Shown: piece after piece, positions 9,946 through 19,176 of the stretch
Layout: each line of letters starts with the position of its first letter
Numbering within the stretch: position 1 is the first letter of the stretch
Assembly (NCBI GenBank): GCA_963719225.1
Contig: CAVRAY010000001.1
Coordinates: 160,001-224,000, forward strand
Length of the DNA: 64,000 nt
Origin: Thermoanaerobaculia bacterium
Lineage (GTDB): Bacteria; Acidobacteriota; Thermoanaerobaculia; UBA5066
Direction: 5' to 3'
Notes under the pieces: model-generated
Told to the model about the DNA's origin: nothing
Seen by the model: only the letters and a program-made list of their open reading frames with translations
The model's database searches: none
Made by a program: the position numbers and the translations under genes

Positions 9946-11688
9946 TCAGGTCAGGAACGCGTCGATGGCGGCGTACCAGACCGCCGCGATGTGCTCGTAG
10001 CCCGCTCGAGCGGGATGGATATTGTCGCCGCTCAAGAGCCACTGCGGAAAGTTGCTGTGCATGTCGGCGAGCAGGACCCGCTCGCCCGCGTCGGCGAACC
10101 GCCGGACGACGGCCGCCACTCCCTCGTTGTAGGCGATCACCTCGGCGGCCTTCGCCGGCAGCGGCGGGATCCGGGCGACCACGACGAGCGCGTCCAGATT
10201 CGAGGCGAGGATCCGGTCCACCAGCTTCGCGAGCCGGTCCGGCGCCTCGGCGACGTGGCCGTGGTTGAGAAGGTCGAGCATGTCGTTCGCTCCGATCATC
10301 AGCAGGACGACGTCCGGCTGGGGACGGACCGCCTCGGAAACGATCGCCGCGATCTGGTCGATGTAATAGCCGCTGTGGCCCTCGTGATTCCGAGGGAAGG
10401 ACGCGCCTTCGACCGGGTCCGTCGGTCCGTTCGGCTGGCTGCCGACGAACTGGATGCGTTTGCCCCAGTGGGTCGCCGTGGCGAACAACCTCACGCGGTA
10501 GGCGCCCTGGAGCTCGGGGGGAAAGCCCTCCGTCATCGAGTCGCCGAGCGGAAGGATCGACCATGTGTGCTCGGACGGCGAGTCCGACGTGACCAGAGTG
10601 GCCGGAGTTCCGGCGGCCATCGGCGCGCCGGCTCTCGAGGTCCAGTCGTCGAACCAACGCAGTCTCGAAGAGGGATCCCAGAGGATGTGATCCACGGCCC
10701 CGCCGGGCCCGGGATAGAAGACGTGCTGCTGGCCCGCGAACAGAAGCGTGGCGGGATCGCCGCCGGCGGGTGCCCCCGGCGCCACCGACGTCCATTCGTC
10801 GAAACCCAGTTGCGGGGAGGACGGGGAGGAGGGGTCCCAGAAGATGTGGTTGATCTTCCCGCCGGCGCCCCGGTAGAACACGTGCTGCTGGCCTTCGTCG
10901 GTCAACAACAAGGCGGGATCCCCGACCGCCGGCGGCGCGCCGGGGGCGCGGGCGGTCCAGTCGTCGCGGTGCAAAGCCCCGGTCAGCGGAGACCAGAGGA
11001 TGTGGCGGATCGAGCCGTCCGTCCCCCGATAGAAGACGTGCTGCTGGCCGCCGGTCTCCATCGTGGCGACGTTGCCCGCCGGCATGGGGACGCCGTGGGT
11101 TCCGCTCGTCCAGTCGTCATGGCCGAACCGGCTCGTGGATGCGTTCCAGAGGATGTGCTGAACGCCGCCGCGCTCGCCTCGATAGAAGACGTGCTGCTGG
11201 CCGGGAGTCGCCAGCGTCGCGAGATCGCCCGCCGCAGGCGGGGCGCCCGCATTGACCGTCCAGTCGTCGCGGAAGAGCCGGTTGGCGGAGGCATCCCAGA
11301 AGACGTGACACACGCTGCCGCCTGGTCCCCGGTAGAAGACGTGCTGCTGTCCGGGGCTCTCCATCGTGACGGGGTCGCCCAGGGCCGGCGGCACGCCGGC
11401 GCCCTGAGTCCACACGTCCCGGAACAGCCTCCTCTTCTCCGCAACCCAGAGGATGTGGTGAATCTGCGAGTCCTGTCCCCGGTAGAAGACGTGCTGCTGC
11501 CCCGGCGTCGCCATCGCGGCCGGGTTGCCGGCGGCGAGCGGCGCGCGCGTCCGGGCGGTCCAGTCGTCGGCGAAGAGCTTCCCGGAAGACGCGTCCCAGT
11601 AGATGTGGTGGATGTGATCGTCGGTGCCGCGATAGAAGACATGCTGCTGGTCGGGCATGGACGCTGGGCGCTCTCCGGCGATCGCCAT
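9946..11688 (-). CDS. 7-repeat lectin-like beta-propeller fused to SGNH/GDSL esterase
   Basis: 7x QQHVFY(R/P)G..HI.W..(D/E)WT repeats; LPLGDS, HEGHSG, MIGAND, DNIHP. Confidence 0.85.
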   Translation of the reverse strand: MAIAGERPASMPDQQHVFYRGTDDHIHHIYWDASSGKLFADDWTARTRAPLAAGNPAAMATPGQQHVFYRGQDSQIHHILWVAEKRRLFRDVWTQGAGVPPALGDPVTMESPGQQHVFYRGPGGSVCHVFWDASANRLFRDDWTVNAGAPPAAGDLATLATPGQQHVFYRGERGGVQHILWNASTSRFGHDDWTSGTHGVPMPAGNVATMETGGQQHVFYRGTDGSIRHILWSPLTGALHRDDWTARAPGAPPAVGDPALLLTDEGQQHVFYRGAGGKINHIFWDPSSPSSPQLGFDEWTSVAPGAPAGGDPATLLFAGQQHVFYPGPGGAVDHILWDPSSRLRWFDDWTSRAGAPMAAGTPATLVTSDSPSEHTWSILPLGDSMTEGFPPELQGAYRVRLFATATHWGKRIQFVGSQPNGPTDPVEGASFPRNHEGHSGYYIDQIAAIVSEAVRPQPDVVLLMIGANDMLDLLNHGHVAEAPDRLAKLVDRILASNLDALVVVARIPPLPAKAAEVIAYNEGVAAVVRRFADAGERVLLADMHSNFPQWLLSGDNIHPARAGYEHIAAVWYAAIDAFLT

Positions 11689-11847
11689 TCTCGCCGCGAC
11701 CCCGCTTTGTGGTGGCCGTCATGGAACGGCGCGGCGTCGGAAGCCAGGCATTTCTTTTTTCGCCGCGGGGGAGGTTACCTCAAAACCAGGACGTCGCTTC
11801 TGCCAGCGATGTGTTTTCTCGGAGGCTCGCGCGCTGAGCCATTACTC

Positions 11848-11888
11848 CGGAGCCACTCTTCTCCCCCGCGAACTCGAGATGGGTTCGC
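11848..11888 (+). repeat. att-like copy of tRNA 3' end plus inverted repeat
   Basis: CGGAGCCA-CTCTTCTCCCCCGCGAACTCGAGATGGGTTCGC aligns with 4186-4224. Confidence 0.75.
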
Positions 11889-11891
11889 TTC

Positions 11892-14076
11892 TCAGTGCTG
11901 TCCGCGCCTCGTCGGTGCGAGAGGCCACCGACTTCCATCAGGTTCGAGGTGGCCTGCCGGGCCGCGACGACGGCGAAGCTCATGTCGGGGGCAAGCCCGA
12001 ACGAGTGGAACTCGACATCCGGCTCGAAGACGGCGAGCTTCCGCCGCGTGACGGCCGTGTCCCGGCCCGGAACGACGTCCTGGACGAAGAGCGCCGTGCC
12101 GAGCCCGTCCACACCGAGGAACGCGATGACATGGCCGTCCGGCAGCCAGGACGGGGCGCCGGTCTTCCGGATTCCGAACGTCCCGGCCGGGCGCGGTTTC
12201 ATCGCCGTCGTCGGAAATGCGGCGCGGCGCGCTCCCGTCTCCCCCGGCTCCCCAGATCTCGTAGTGCCCGGTGCGCGCCGACGGCCACAGCAGCGTCTTT
12301 CCGTCCCGGCTCAGGAAGACGTCCGCATCGCTCGCGGGGTGGCTCGTGAGCCGGCGCACCGCGCTCGAGCGGCGGTTCGACTCCCAGACGTCGGTGTTCC
12401 CGTCCCGGTTAGACGTGAAGAAGACGGTTTCGCCGTCACCCGAGACGACGGGCTGGAAGTTGACCTGCGATCCCCGCGTCAGCCACTTCCGCGGCCCTGC
12501 CGCGTTCGTGAGCGGGACTTCGAGAAGGTTCGTCGGGACCGACAGCGACTCTACGACCAGCCGTCCAGGCCCCGCGATGTCGAGGCCCGTTCCGACGCCG
12601 AGGGAGTAAGCGATCGTCGTGAGGGTTCCGGAGCGCACGTTCTGCAGGTAGTACGCACCGGGGCTGGCGGGCACGATGGCCTGTTCCCTCCTGCCATAGA
12701 CGACGGCGCGGCCGTCGCGGGTCCACGCGACGTCCGAAAGCTCGCCTTGTCCGGACGGAGCGGGAAGAGTCCGGCTCGCGTGCGTGTCCGGGTTGGCGAG
12801 GACGACGGTCCACCCGGAGCCAATGTTGATCTGGCCCCGGGTCGTCGCAATCCAGGCTCCATCGGGTGACCACCGCGGCGCCACCCAGAGCTCCTGCGTT
12901 CGCACGTTCTCCTGGATGCGCGTTCTGAGGAACGCGATGCGCGAGCCGTCGGCCGAGACGTCGACCTCCGTGGCGTCGCCTACGACCTTCTGCGGAGCCC
13001 CACCGAGAGCGGAGACCCGGAAGACGGCCGGCCTGGGCGCTCCCGGGGCGACATCTCCGGACGACAGCACCACGCCGCGAATGAAGAAGACGCCGGTCGA
13101 ATCCGGAGTGAAACGCGGCGCCCGGTCTGGTCCCTCGGTGAGGGCGATCTCCGATCCGTCGCCCAGCTGCTTGAGCCAGATCCTCGAGACGCCGTTTCGG
13201 CTCGACGCAAAGGCGCAGAGCCGTCCGTCCGGCGAGATTGCCGGGGCGCCGTCCTGCCCTGACGACGTGATGTAGGTCAGACGCGGCGGGGGGAGTGAGG
13301 GCGGCGCCGAGCGCCGGCCGGCGATCGCACCAAGGACGACGAGAAGCGCCGCACCGGCCGCCATCGGAATCCAGCGGAATGCGGACTTCCCGGCCAGTGG
13401 CCCCGCCGGCGACACCTGGGTCCACGCCGACAGCCGGTCGCGCAGCCCTTTCAATTCGCGCACGATGTCCCGTGTCGCGTCGTAGCGCTCGGAAGCTTCC
13501 TTGGAGAGCAGCCTCTCGACGAGCCAGAGGACCGGCGCCGGGACGCGAGGCGCTCTCTTTTCGAGCGGCTCCGGCTCGTCGCGGATGATGGCCGTCAGCG
13601 TCTCCGGCACGGACTCGGCATCGAACGGCTTGCTCCCGGACAGCATCTCGTAGAGAACGATGCCGAGGGAGAACTGGTCGCTCCGGAAATCGACGTCGCC
13701 CCCCCGCGCCTGCTCGGGCGACATGTAGGCGACCGTTCCGAGGACGACGCCCTTCTCGCTGATCGCCGCGAGCGTCGGAGAGCGCGTGTCGTCCGAATCG
13801 CGGCGCGAGACGTCGTGGCGGGCGAGGCCGAAGTCGAGGACCTTCGCGCGGACGTCCTTCGTCAGAAAGACGTTCTCGGGCTTGATGTCGCGGTGGACGA
13901 TTCCCTTCTCGTGGGCCGCGGCGAGCCCGTCCACCACTTCGCGGGCGATGTCGAGGGCCCGGCGCGGCGGTATCGGGCCGTGGGCCAGAGCCACGCGAAG
14001 TGTCTCGCCTCCCGCCGGCGCCGAGCGGCGAGAGGATCTCGTAGGGGCCGAGACGGGTGCCGGTGGACAGTGTCAT
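11892..14076 (-). pseudogene. Ser/Thr kinase-TM-TolB/PD40 propeller, disrupted by deletions and frameshifts
   Basis: Start [22 protein letters not shown] at 14076 jumps out of frame to GETLR (N-lobe deleted); HRDIKPEN and DFG retained; second frameshift near 12190. Confidence 0.85.
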
Positions 14077-14175
14077 GAAGGTCTGACGAGAGTCGTACCG
14101 TGGAGAGGCAGTCTCACCGGCCGCCTGTCCTGCGAGTTCTAGGCTGACGGGAGCGGCACCGACGAGTGGGCTGGC
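14077..14175 (-). repeat. conserved kinase leader, copy 3
   Basis: GTCTCACCGGCCGCCTGTCCTGCGAGTTCTAGG...GGGAGCGGCACC...GAGTGGGCTGGC. Confidence 0.85.
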
Positions 14176-14185
14176 TGCTGCGACG

Positions 14186-14719
14186 TCAGCCGGGACGAGG
14201 CCCGAAGATCTCCTGGGCCGCGACCGCTCCTTCCGGCAGGCGCCGCAGGAGATCGATGAGGTGCCGCTCGCTGGCTCTCAGGCGACGCGAGACTTCGCGG
14301 GCGAGGTTGAGGACGAGGAGGATGAACGCGTCGGGATCGCGCCGGCGGAACTCGAGGAGCTCACGATAACGGAGGACGAGCAGGCTCGTCTCGCGCACCG
14401 TTCGGACGGTGGCCGAGCGGGGCTGGATGTCGAGGAGCGACATCTCGCCGAAGCAATCGCCCGGGCCGAGCGTCGCCACGATGAGGTCGTCCGCGTCGTC
14501 GGGATCGCGATGGATCCGAACCTCGACGCCACCACTTTCCACGACGTACATCTCGCGGGCTCCCTCCCCTTCGGCGACGACGAGGCACGAGGCCGCGAGG
14601 ATCCGCCGCTGAAGATGCGCGGCGATCAGCTCGAGGGCGGGTCGTTCGAGACCTCCGAATATGGGGATGCCCGCCAGGAACATCGGGTCGGGGGGCGGAT
14701 CGGCTCTCGTGTCGGCCAT
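14186..14719 (-). CDS. cyclic nucleotide-binding domain protein (no HTH)
   Basis: EGE..REMYVV..G.V, GDCFGEMSLLD..PRSATV. Confidence 0.85.
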   Translation of the reverse strand: MADTRADPPPDPMFLAGIPIFGGLERPALELIAAHLQRRILAASCLVVAEGEGAREMYVVESGGVEVRIHRDPDDADDLIVATLGPGDCFGEMSLLDIQPRSATVRTVRETSLLVLRYRELLEFRRRDPDAFILLVLNLAREVSRRLRASERHLIDLLRRLPEGAVAAQEIFGPRPG

Positions 14720-14722
14720 ACG

Positions 14723-15541
14723 TCAGCGGCTGAAGCGCTGCTGCAGCTCGGCATACGGGATCGCGCCCCGGGCGAATCCGAAGGTGCCGTGATCGGCCAT
14801 CTCCCGAGCGGCCTGCTCGACCAGGGTGAGGACGGCGCGAGCGAGGGTTCCGCCAACGCTGATCCTGGCGACGCCGAGCGAGCGCAGGGTGGCGGCATCC
14901 AGCACCGGCTCGACCAGCCCGGCCACGACGTTCACCGGAGCGCCGATCGCGGCGGTCAGTCTGCCGATCTCCTCGGCAGCGCTGACACCGGGAACGAAGA
15001 TGCAGTCGGCTCCGGCAGCCAGGTACCTCTCGGCCCGGCGCACCGTCTCGGCGAAGGCGTCCGGGCGCCTGATCATATAGGCGTCGGTGCGCGCGTTCAG
15101 CACGAACGAACCGGCCGGTGCGGCGGTCCGTGCCGCCTCGAGACGTTCGCAGGCAGCCTCGACCGGGAGCAGTTCTCCGGGCCGAGTCACGTCCTCCAGA
15201 TTGCCTCCGACCACCCCGAGCTCGAACGCAGCGGCGACCGTTGCGGCAACGTGGTCGGCGGTAGCGCCGTAACCGGACTCCAGGTCGGCGCTCACCGGGC
15301 ACGCGACGGCCGATACGATCCGCGCGATGCAATCGAGCATCTCCGGCCCCTCCATGGTGCCGTCGGCGGCACCACGGCTGAAGGCGATCCCGGCGCTGGT
15401 GGTGGCGATCGCGGCGAACCCGGCCCGTTCCAGGATCCGTGCCGAACCGCCGTCCCAGGCATTCGGCAGGATGAAGCCGGCGCCGGGTCGATGCATCGCC
15501 AGGAACGCCGCCGCGCGGTTCGGAGTCGCGGACGCAGTCAT
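14723..15541 (-). CDS. isocitrate lyase/PEP mutase family protein
   Basis: PNAWD, ATTSAG, ADLESGYG, NLED, NARTD, GADCIF. Confidence 0.88.
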   Translation of the reverse strand: MTASATPNRAAAFLAMHRPGAGFILPNAWDGGSARILERAGFAAIATTSAGIAFSRGAADGTMEGPEMLDCIARIVSAVACPVSADLESGYGATADHVAATVAAAFELGVVGGNLEDVTRPGELLPVEAACERLEAARTAAPAGSFVLNARTDAYMIRRPDAFAETVRRAERYLAAGADCIFVPGVSAAEEIGRLTAAIGAPVNVVAGLVEPVLDAATLRSLGVARISVGGTLARAVLTLVEQAAREMADHGTFGFARGAIPYAELQQRFSR

Positions 15542-15650
15542 GCGCCTGAGTCTACGTCCGGGGGACCGTCGGGCAGGAGTGGAGTCAGAAGGGGTTGCGC
15601 GAAAGCGCTGACGTGGCGCGTTACAAGCGAGAAGAATTCTCGCCGAAGGA

Positions 15651-15677
15651 TGTCGATTTCGGGGAGCTTCCGTCGTC
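15651..15677 (+). promoter_or_regulatory. ECF42-type promoter
   Basis: TGTCGA (15651) and CGTC (15671/15674) upstream of the YciI-sigma pair. Confidence 0.55.
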
Positions 15678-15723
15678 GTAGGGATGGAGGCCGGAACATC
15701 CCGGCCGAAAGGAGACGACGAAA

Positions 15724-16149
15724 ATGCGATTCCTGGTGATGGTCAAGGCCACGAAGGACAGCGAGGCGGGCGTGATGCCGAGCGAGAAGCTGCTCGCCGA
15801 CATGGGGAAGTTCAACGAGGAGCTCGTGAAAGCGGGCATCATGCTCGCCGCCGAGGGACTTCATGCCAGCTCGAAGGGGGCGCGCGTCAAGTTCTCCGGG
15901 AGCAAGCGCACCGTGGTCGACGGACCGTTCACGGAGACGAAAGAGCTCGTCGCCGGCTTCTGGCTGTGGCAGGTGAAGTCGAAGGAGGAGGCGATCGAGT
16001 GGGTGAAGCGCTGCCCGAACCCTCATGAAGGCGATTCCGAGATCGAGATCCGGCAGGTCATAGAGATGGCGGACTGGGGCGAGCTCACGCCCGAGTTGCA
16101 AAAGATGAAAGACCGCCGCGAAAAGTTCGCGAAGCAGTCCAAGCCGTGA
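15724..16149 (+). CDS. YciI/DGPF-domain protein
   Basis: VDGPFTETKELVAGFW; RBS AGGAG. Confidence 0.9.
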   Translation: MRFLVMVKATKDSEAGVMPSEKLLADMGKFNEELVKAGIMLAAEGLHASSKGARVKFSGSKRTVVDGPFTETKELVAGFWLWQVKSKEEAIEWVKRCPNPHEGDSEIEIRQVIEMADWGELTPELQKMKDRREKFAKQSKP

Positions 16150-16189
16150 TGCCCCGCGGGCGCGGGGGACGATGCTCTAATCCTCCCCC

Positions 16190-17457
16190 GTGTCCGCTCC
16201 CGAGGCCCATCGCGCGATCGACGCGATCTGGCACATCGAATCCTCGCGGCTCATCGCGGCGCTCGCGCGCGTGACGGGAGACGTGGGCCTCGCGGAGGAC
16301 TTCGCCCAGGACGCTCTCCTCGCGGCGCTCCGGACCTGGCCCGAGACGGGTGTTCCGGACAATCCGGGCGCGTGGCTCATGGCGACCGCGAAGAACCGGG
16401 CGCTCGACCACCTACGGCGCGCCCGACGCGCGGACCGGGCGCACGGGGAGATCGGCCGGGACCTCGAAGCCGACCGCGGGAGGGCCGCAGCCGACCTCGA
16501 GGCGGGACTCGACGACGACATCGGCGACGACCTCCTGAGGCTCGTCTTCGCGGCGTGCCATCCGGTGCTCGCGCGCGAGGCGCGCGTCGCGCTGACGCTC
16601 CGCCTTCTCGGGGGTCTCACCACCGCCGAGATCGCGCGGGCCTACCTCGTGACCGAGGCCACGGTCGCCCAGCGCCTCGTCCGCGCGAAACGGACGCTCT
16701 CGGACGCGCGCGTCCCGTTCGAGGTCCCGCGCGGAGAAGACCGGGCCGCGCGACTGTCGTCGGTTCTCGAGGTCCTGTACCTGATCTTCAACGAAGGCTA
16801 CGCGGCGACGGCGGGCGACGACTGGATGCGTCCGCAGCTCTGCGAGGAGGCGCTGCGCCTGGGCCGGATCCTCGCGTCACTCGCGCCGGAGCCCGAAGTC
16901 CACGGCCTCGTCGCTCTGATGGAGATCCAGGCCTCGCGGACGAAGGCGCGGACGGGCCCGCGTGGCGAGCCCGTCCTCCTCCTCGACCAGGATCGGGGGA
17001 AGTGGGACCACGTGCTGATCGGCCGGGGCCTCGCAGCGCTCGCGAAGGCCGAAGCGTCCGGACCTGCCGGGCCCTACGCCCTGCAGGCCGCGATCGCCGC
17101 GTGCCACGCGCGGGCTCGCACCGCGGAAGAGACGGACTGGGCGCGGATCGCGGCCCTCTATGGCGAGCTCGCGGGGGCAGCCCCTCGCCCGTCGTCGACC
17201 TGAACCGGGCCGTCGCGGTCGGCATGGCAGAGGGGCCAGCCGCGGGCCTCGCTCTCGTGGACGCGCTCCGCGCCGAGAAGGCGCTGGAGGGCTATCACCT
17301 CCTTCCGGGCGTGCGCGGGGATCTCCTCGCCAAGCTGGGCCGCTCGGGCGAGGCGCGCGCCGAGTTCGAAAAGGCCGCGTCGCTCACCGGCAATTCCCGC
17401 GAGAGGGAGGTCCTGCTCGCCCGGGCGGCGGCCCTGGGGCCCGTTGGCCGCGGATAG
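16190..17457 (+). pseudogene. ECF42-type sigma factor with TPR extension, frameshifted near 17180
   Basis: AEDFAQDAL, LIFNEGY, PYALQAAIAACH; conserved tail SPVVDLNRAVAV...EREVL lies in another frame ending at 17457 (real lesion or sequence error). Confidence 0.8.
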
Positions 17458-17526
17458 GAAGGTGCAATCCCGGCCCGGGGGTTCGCCTTCACACGTCCCC
17501 GCGACTCACGTCGACCGACGTCCGAG

Positions 17527-18924
17527 TCACCGGCGGTGACCAACACCGTGCGAGCCGCCACCGAAGGTATGGCCGCTGCCCGTGCCGCTCACGCCTCCGC
17601 CACGGCTGGAGACACCGCCGCCGAAGCTACGCGCACCTCTTTCCGTCGGGGGCATTCGCGGCGTAGAAGAAGGGTAGCGTTGTACCGGAGCCGAATACCG
17701 CTGTACCGGAGTCGAGTGACGCTGCACCGGTGCCGAATACCGCTGTACCGGAGCCGAGTAACGCCGCACCGGGGCTGAATAACGATGTGCGGGAACCTGT
17801 TCTCGTTGCGCACCAGGAAAGCGCCGCCACGCTTCCGCTGTTGTGCGTCCTGCGCTCCACGGCGTCGCGGTGCGAACGCCCTGCGTGATCGATCGGCTTC
17901 CGTGCGTTGACGCGGTCCCGGGCCCAAGCCGGTTCCAGCTTCCCGTGCCTGCCGGTCGGGCGGAATCGAAGCTTCCCGATCTTGAAGTCGTGCTCCTGGA
18001 AGCCAGCGACGCAGGCTGATACCGGGCGGCAAGCTGAGCGTTCCGGTACGGGACTCCCAACCGGTGGCCCGGATCGTGGCGCCACCCCCTTCTGCCGGCG
18101 AACCCGCCGGCCAAGAACCGACCGTGGAAACCATGATGTCGGAAGAACGCGCCGTTGACGAACACCGAGCCGCCAAACCAGTTCGGGCCCCAGCCCCAAC
18201 CCCAGCCGCGCCAGCCCCAGCCGTTCCAGCCGCCGAAGCAGAATCCGATGTCGATCGCCGGACCGAAACCGAAACCGTAACTGGTGTAAGCGAGCGGCGG
18301 ATAGTAGCCCCACGCCGGAGATCCCCAGATGTAGTCTGGATCGTATTCCGGCACGTAGATCACCTGCGGATCGGCCGGCAAAATCTCGATGACCGCCTGC
18401 TCGCCCGGGGTCTCGGTGGTAACCGTCTGCTCCGGAGAGGAGGAGAGCTTCCCGTTTGCCTGCGCCCGTGTGCGCATTCGCTGCACCGCATCCATAACGT
18501 CCGCTTGCTGCGCGAGGAAAGCGTTGCCCAATGCCGTGGTCCATTGGACATCCTGGTTCATCCTGGCCAGCACGTCCGGAAAGGCCACCAACCCCTGAAC
18601 GCTTGCGTCCCAATTCTGCTCCTGGGCTGCGTCGATCAACTGCTGGCCCCTCAGACGTCCATTCCGTAGCAGCCACTGCTGCGCCTCGACGAGCTCCAAC
18701 GGGTAGGTACTCGCGACCAGGACCTGACTCAGCAGCGGATCGGGATACAGCGCGATGGGTGCGACCAGGTCAGCGAGTTGCTCCGGAGCCAGACTCTGCG
18801 CCTGGACCGATGCCGAACTCCCGGAAACGTCGGCTGTCGGCCCCTCCTCCTGAGCCATCAACGAAAGCGGAATTCCTGACATAGCCGCTAAGACACAGAG
18901 GTTCCGCGCCAATCGGTATGTCAT
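17527..18924 (-). CDS. DUF3300 domain exported protein with low-complexity tail
   Basis: LVAPIALYPDPLL..L.ASTYP, WDASV, IYVPEYDP; GGAGG RBS before ATG at 18924; signal peptide. Confidence 0.85.
   Translation of the reverse strand: MTYRLARNLCVLAAMSGIPLSLMAQEEGPTADVSGSSASVQAQSLAPEQLADLVAPIALYPDPLLSQVLVASTYPLELVEAQQWLLRNGRLRGQQLIDAAQEQNWDASVQGLVAFPDVLARMNQDVQWTTALGNAFLAQQADVMDAVQRMRTRAQANGKLSSSPEQTVTTETPGEQAVIEILPADPQVIYVPEYDPDYIWGSPAWGYYPPLAYTSYGFGFGPAIDIGFCFGGWNGWGWRGWGWGWGPNWFGGSVFVNGAFFRHHGFHGRFLAGGFAGRRGWRHDPGHRLGVPYRNAQLAARYQPASLASRSTTSRSGSFDSARPAGTGSWNRLGPGTASTHGSRSITQGVRTATPWSAGRTTAEAWRRFPGAQREQVPAHRYSAPVRRYSAPVQRYSAPVQRHSTPVQRYSAPVQRYPSSTPRMPPTERGARSFGGGVSSRGGGVSGTGSGHTFGGGSHGVGHRR
17675..17784 (-). 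repeat. in-frame 21-bp tandem repeat (RYSAPVQ, about 5 copies)
   Basis: Five degenerate 21-nt units visible in DNA and protein. Confidence 0.85.
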
Positions 18925-19176
18925 CTCGTACCTCCGTTGGGGTCTTGGTTCACTCCGAACGGGACCCATGATAGGGAGGAGCAACACCGATGCCACGGCA
19001 GCGTCGCCGCAAGGGTACGCGGAGGGAGTTCACGATCGGAACCTCAGCTCCTTGATCCTGAGGCGGTTAGCACGAGCCGGTTCGCCGTGTGTCCGATCTC
19101 CAGTGTGCGGTAGTCCCGGACGACCGCGCTCTGAGTTTTTTCAGGACTTTGGCACAGGTGTTGCCCGCCCAGTTTC

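Larger units (their letters stand above)
7093..11843. mobile_element. putative non-autonomous element bounded by 14-bp inverted repeats
   Basis: AATGGCTCAGCGCG (7093-7106) and CGCGCTGAGCCATT (11830-11843); transposase remnant just inside the left end. Confidence 0.5.
3091..14175. mobile_element. tRNA-Asn-anchored accessory island (tandem accretion); no intact integrase seen
   Basis: Degenerate tRNA 3'-end repeats at 4184, 7079 and 11848, repeated kinase leader, several pseudogenes, locally AT-richer sequence; right boundary uncertain. Confidence 0.65.

Noticed and set aside
7515-10268. Very long alternative-frame and antisense ORFs (e.g. 7515-10268, 7261-9627, 31010-33592, 42344-44986, 59018-61849)
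   Set aside because: Arg/Gly/Pro-rich shadows of real genes, expected in high-GC DNA; no recognisable motifs.
8030-11650. DNA repeats (GCAGAAGCGCCAG, TAGAAGACGTGCTGCTG) suggesting CRISPR or a DGR template
   Set aside because: They encode protein repeats in frame; no reverse transcriptase and no adenine-specific TR/VR pair seen.
3091-14175. Integron/attC interpretation of the kinase array
   Set aside because: No intI and no RYYYAAC..GTTRRRY attC structure; the repeats match the tRNA 3' end instead.
17675-17784. Possible CRISPR array
   Set aside because: Contiguous degenerate 21-bp units without spacers, in frame within a CDS; no cas genes in the window.
18784-18795. CGGAGCCAGACT matching the tRNA end plus flank, as a possible island right boundary
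   Set aside because: Lies inside the intact DUF3300 coding sequence and lacks the accompanying palindrome; likely chance.
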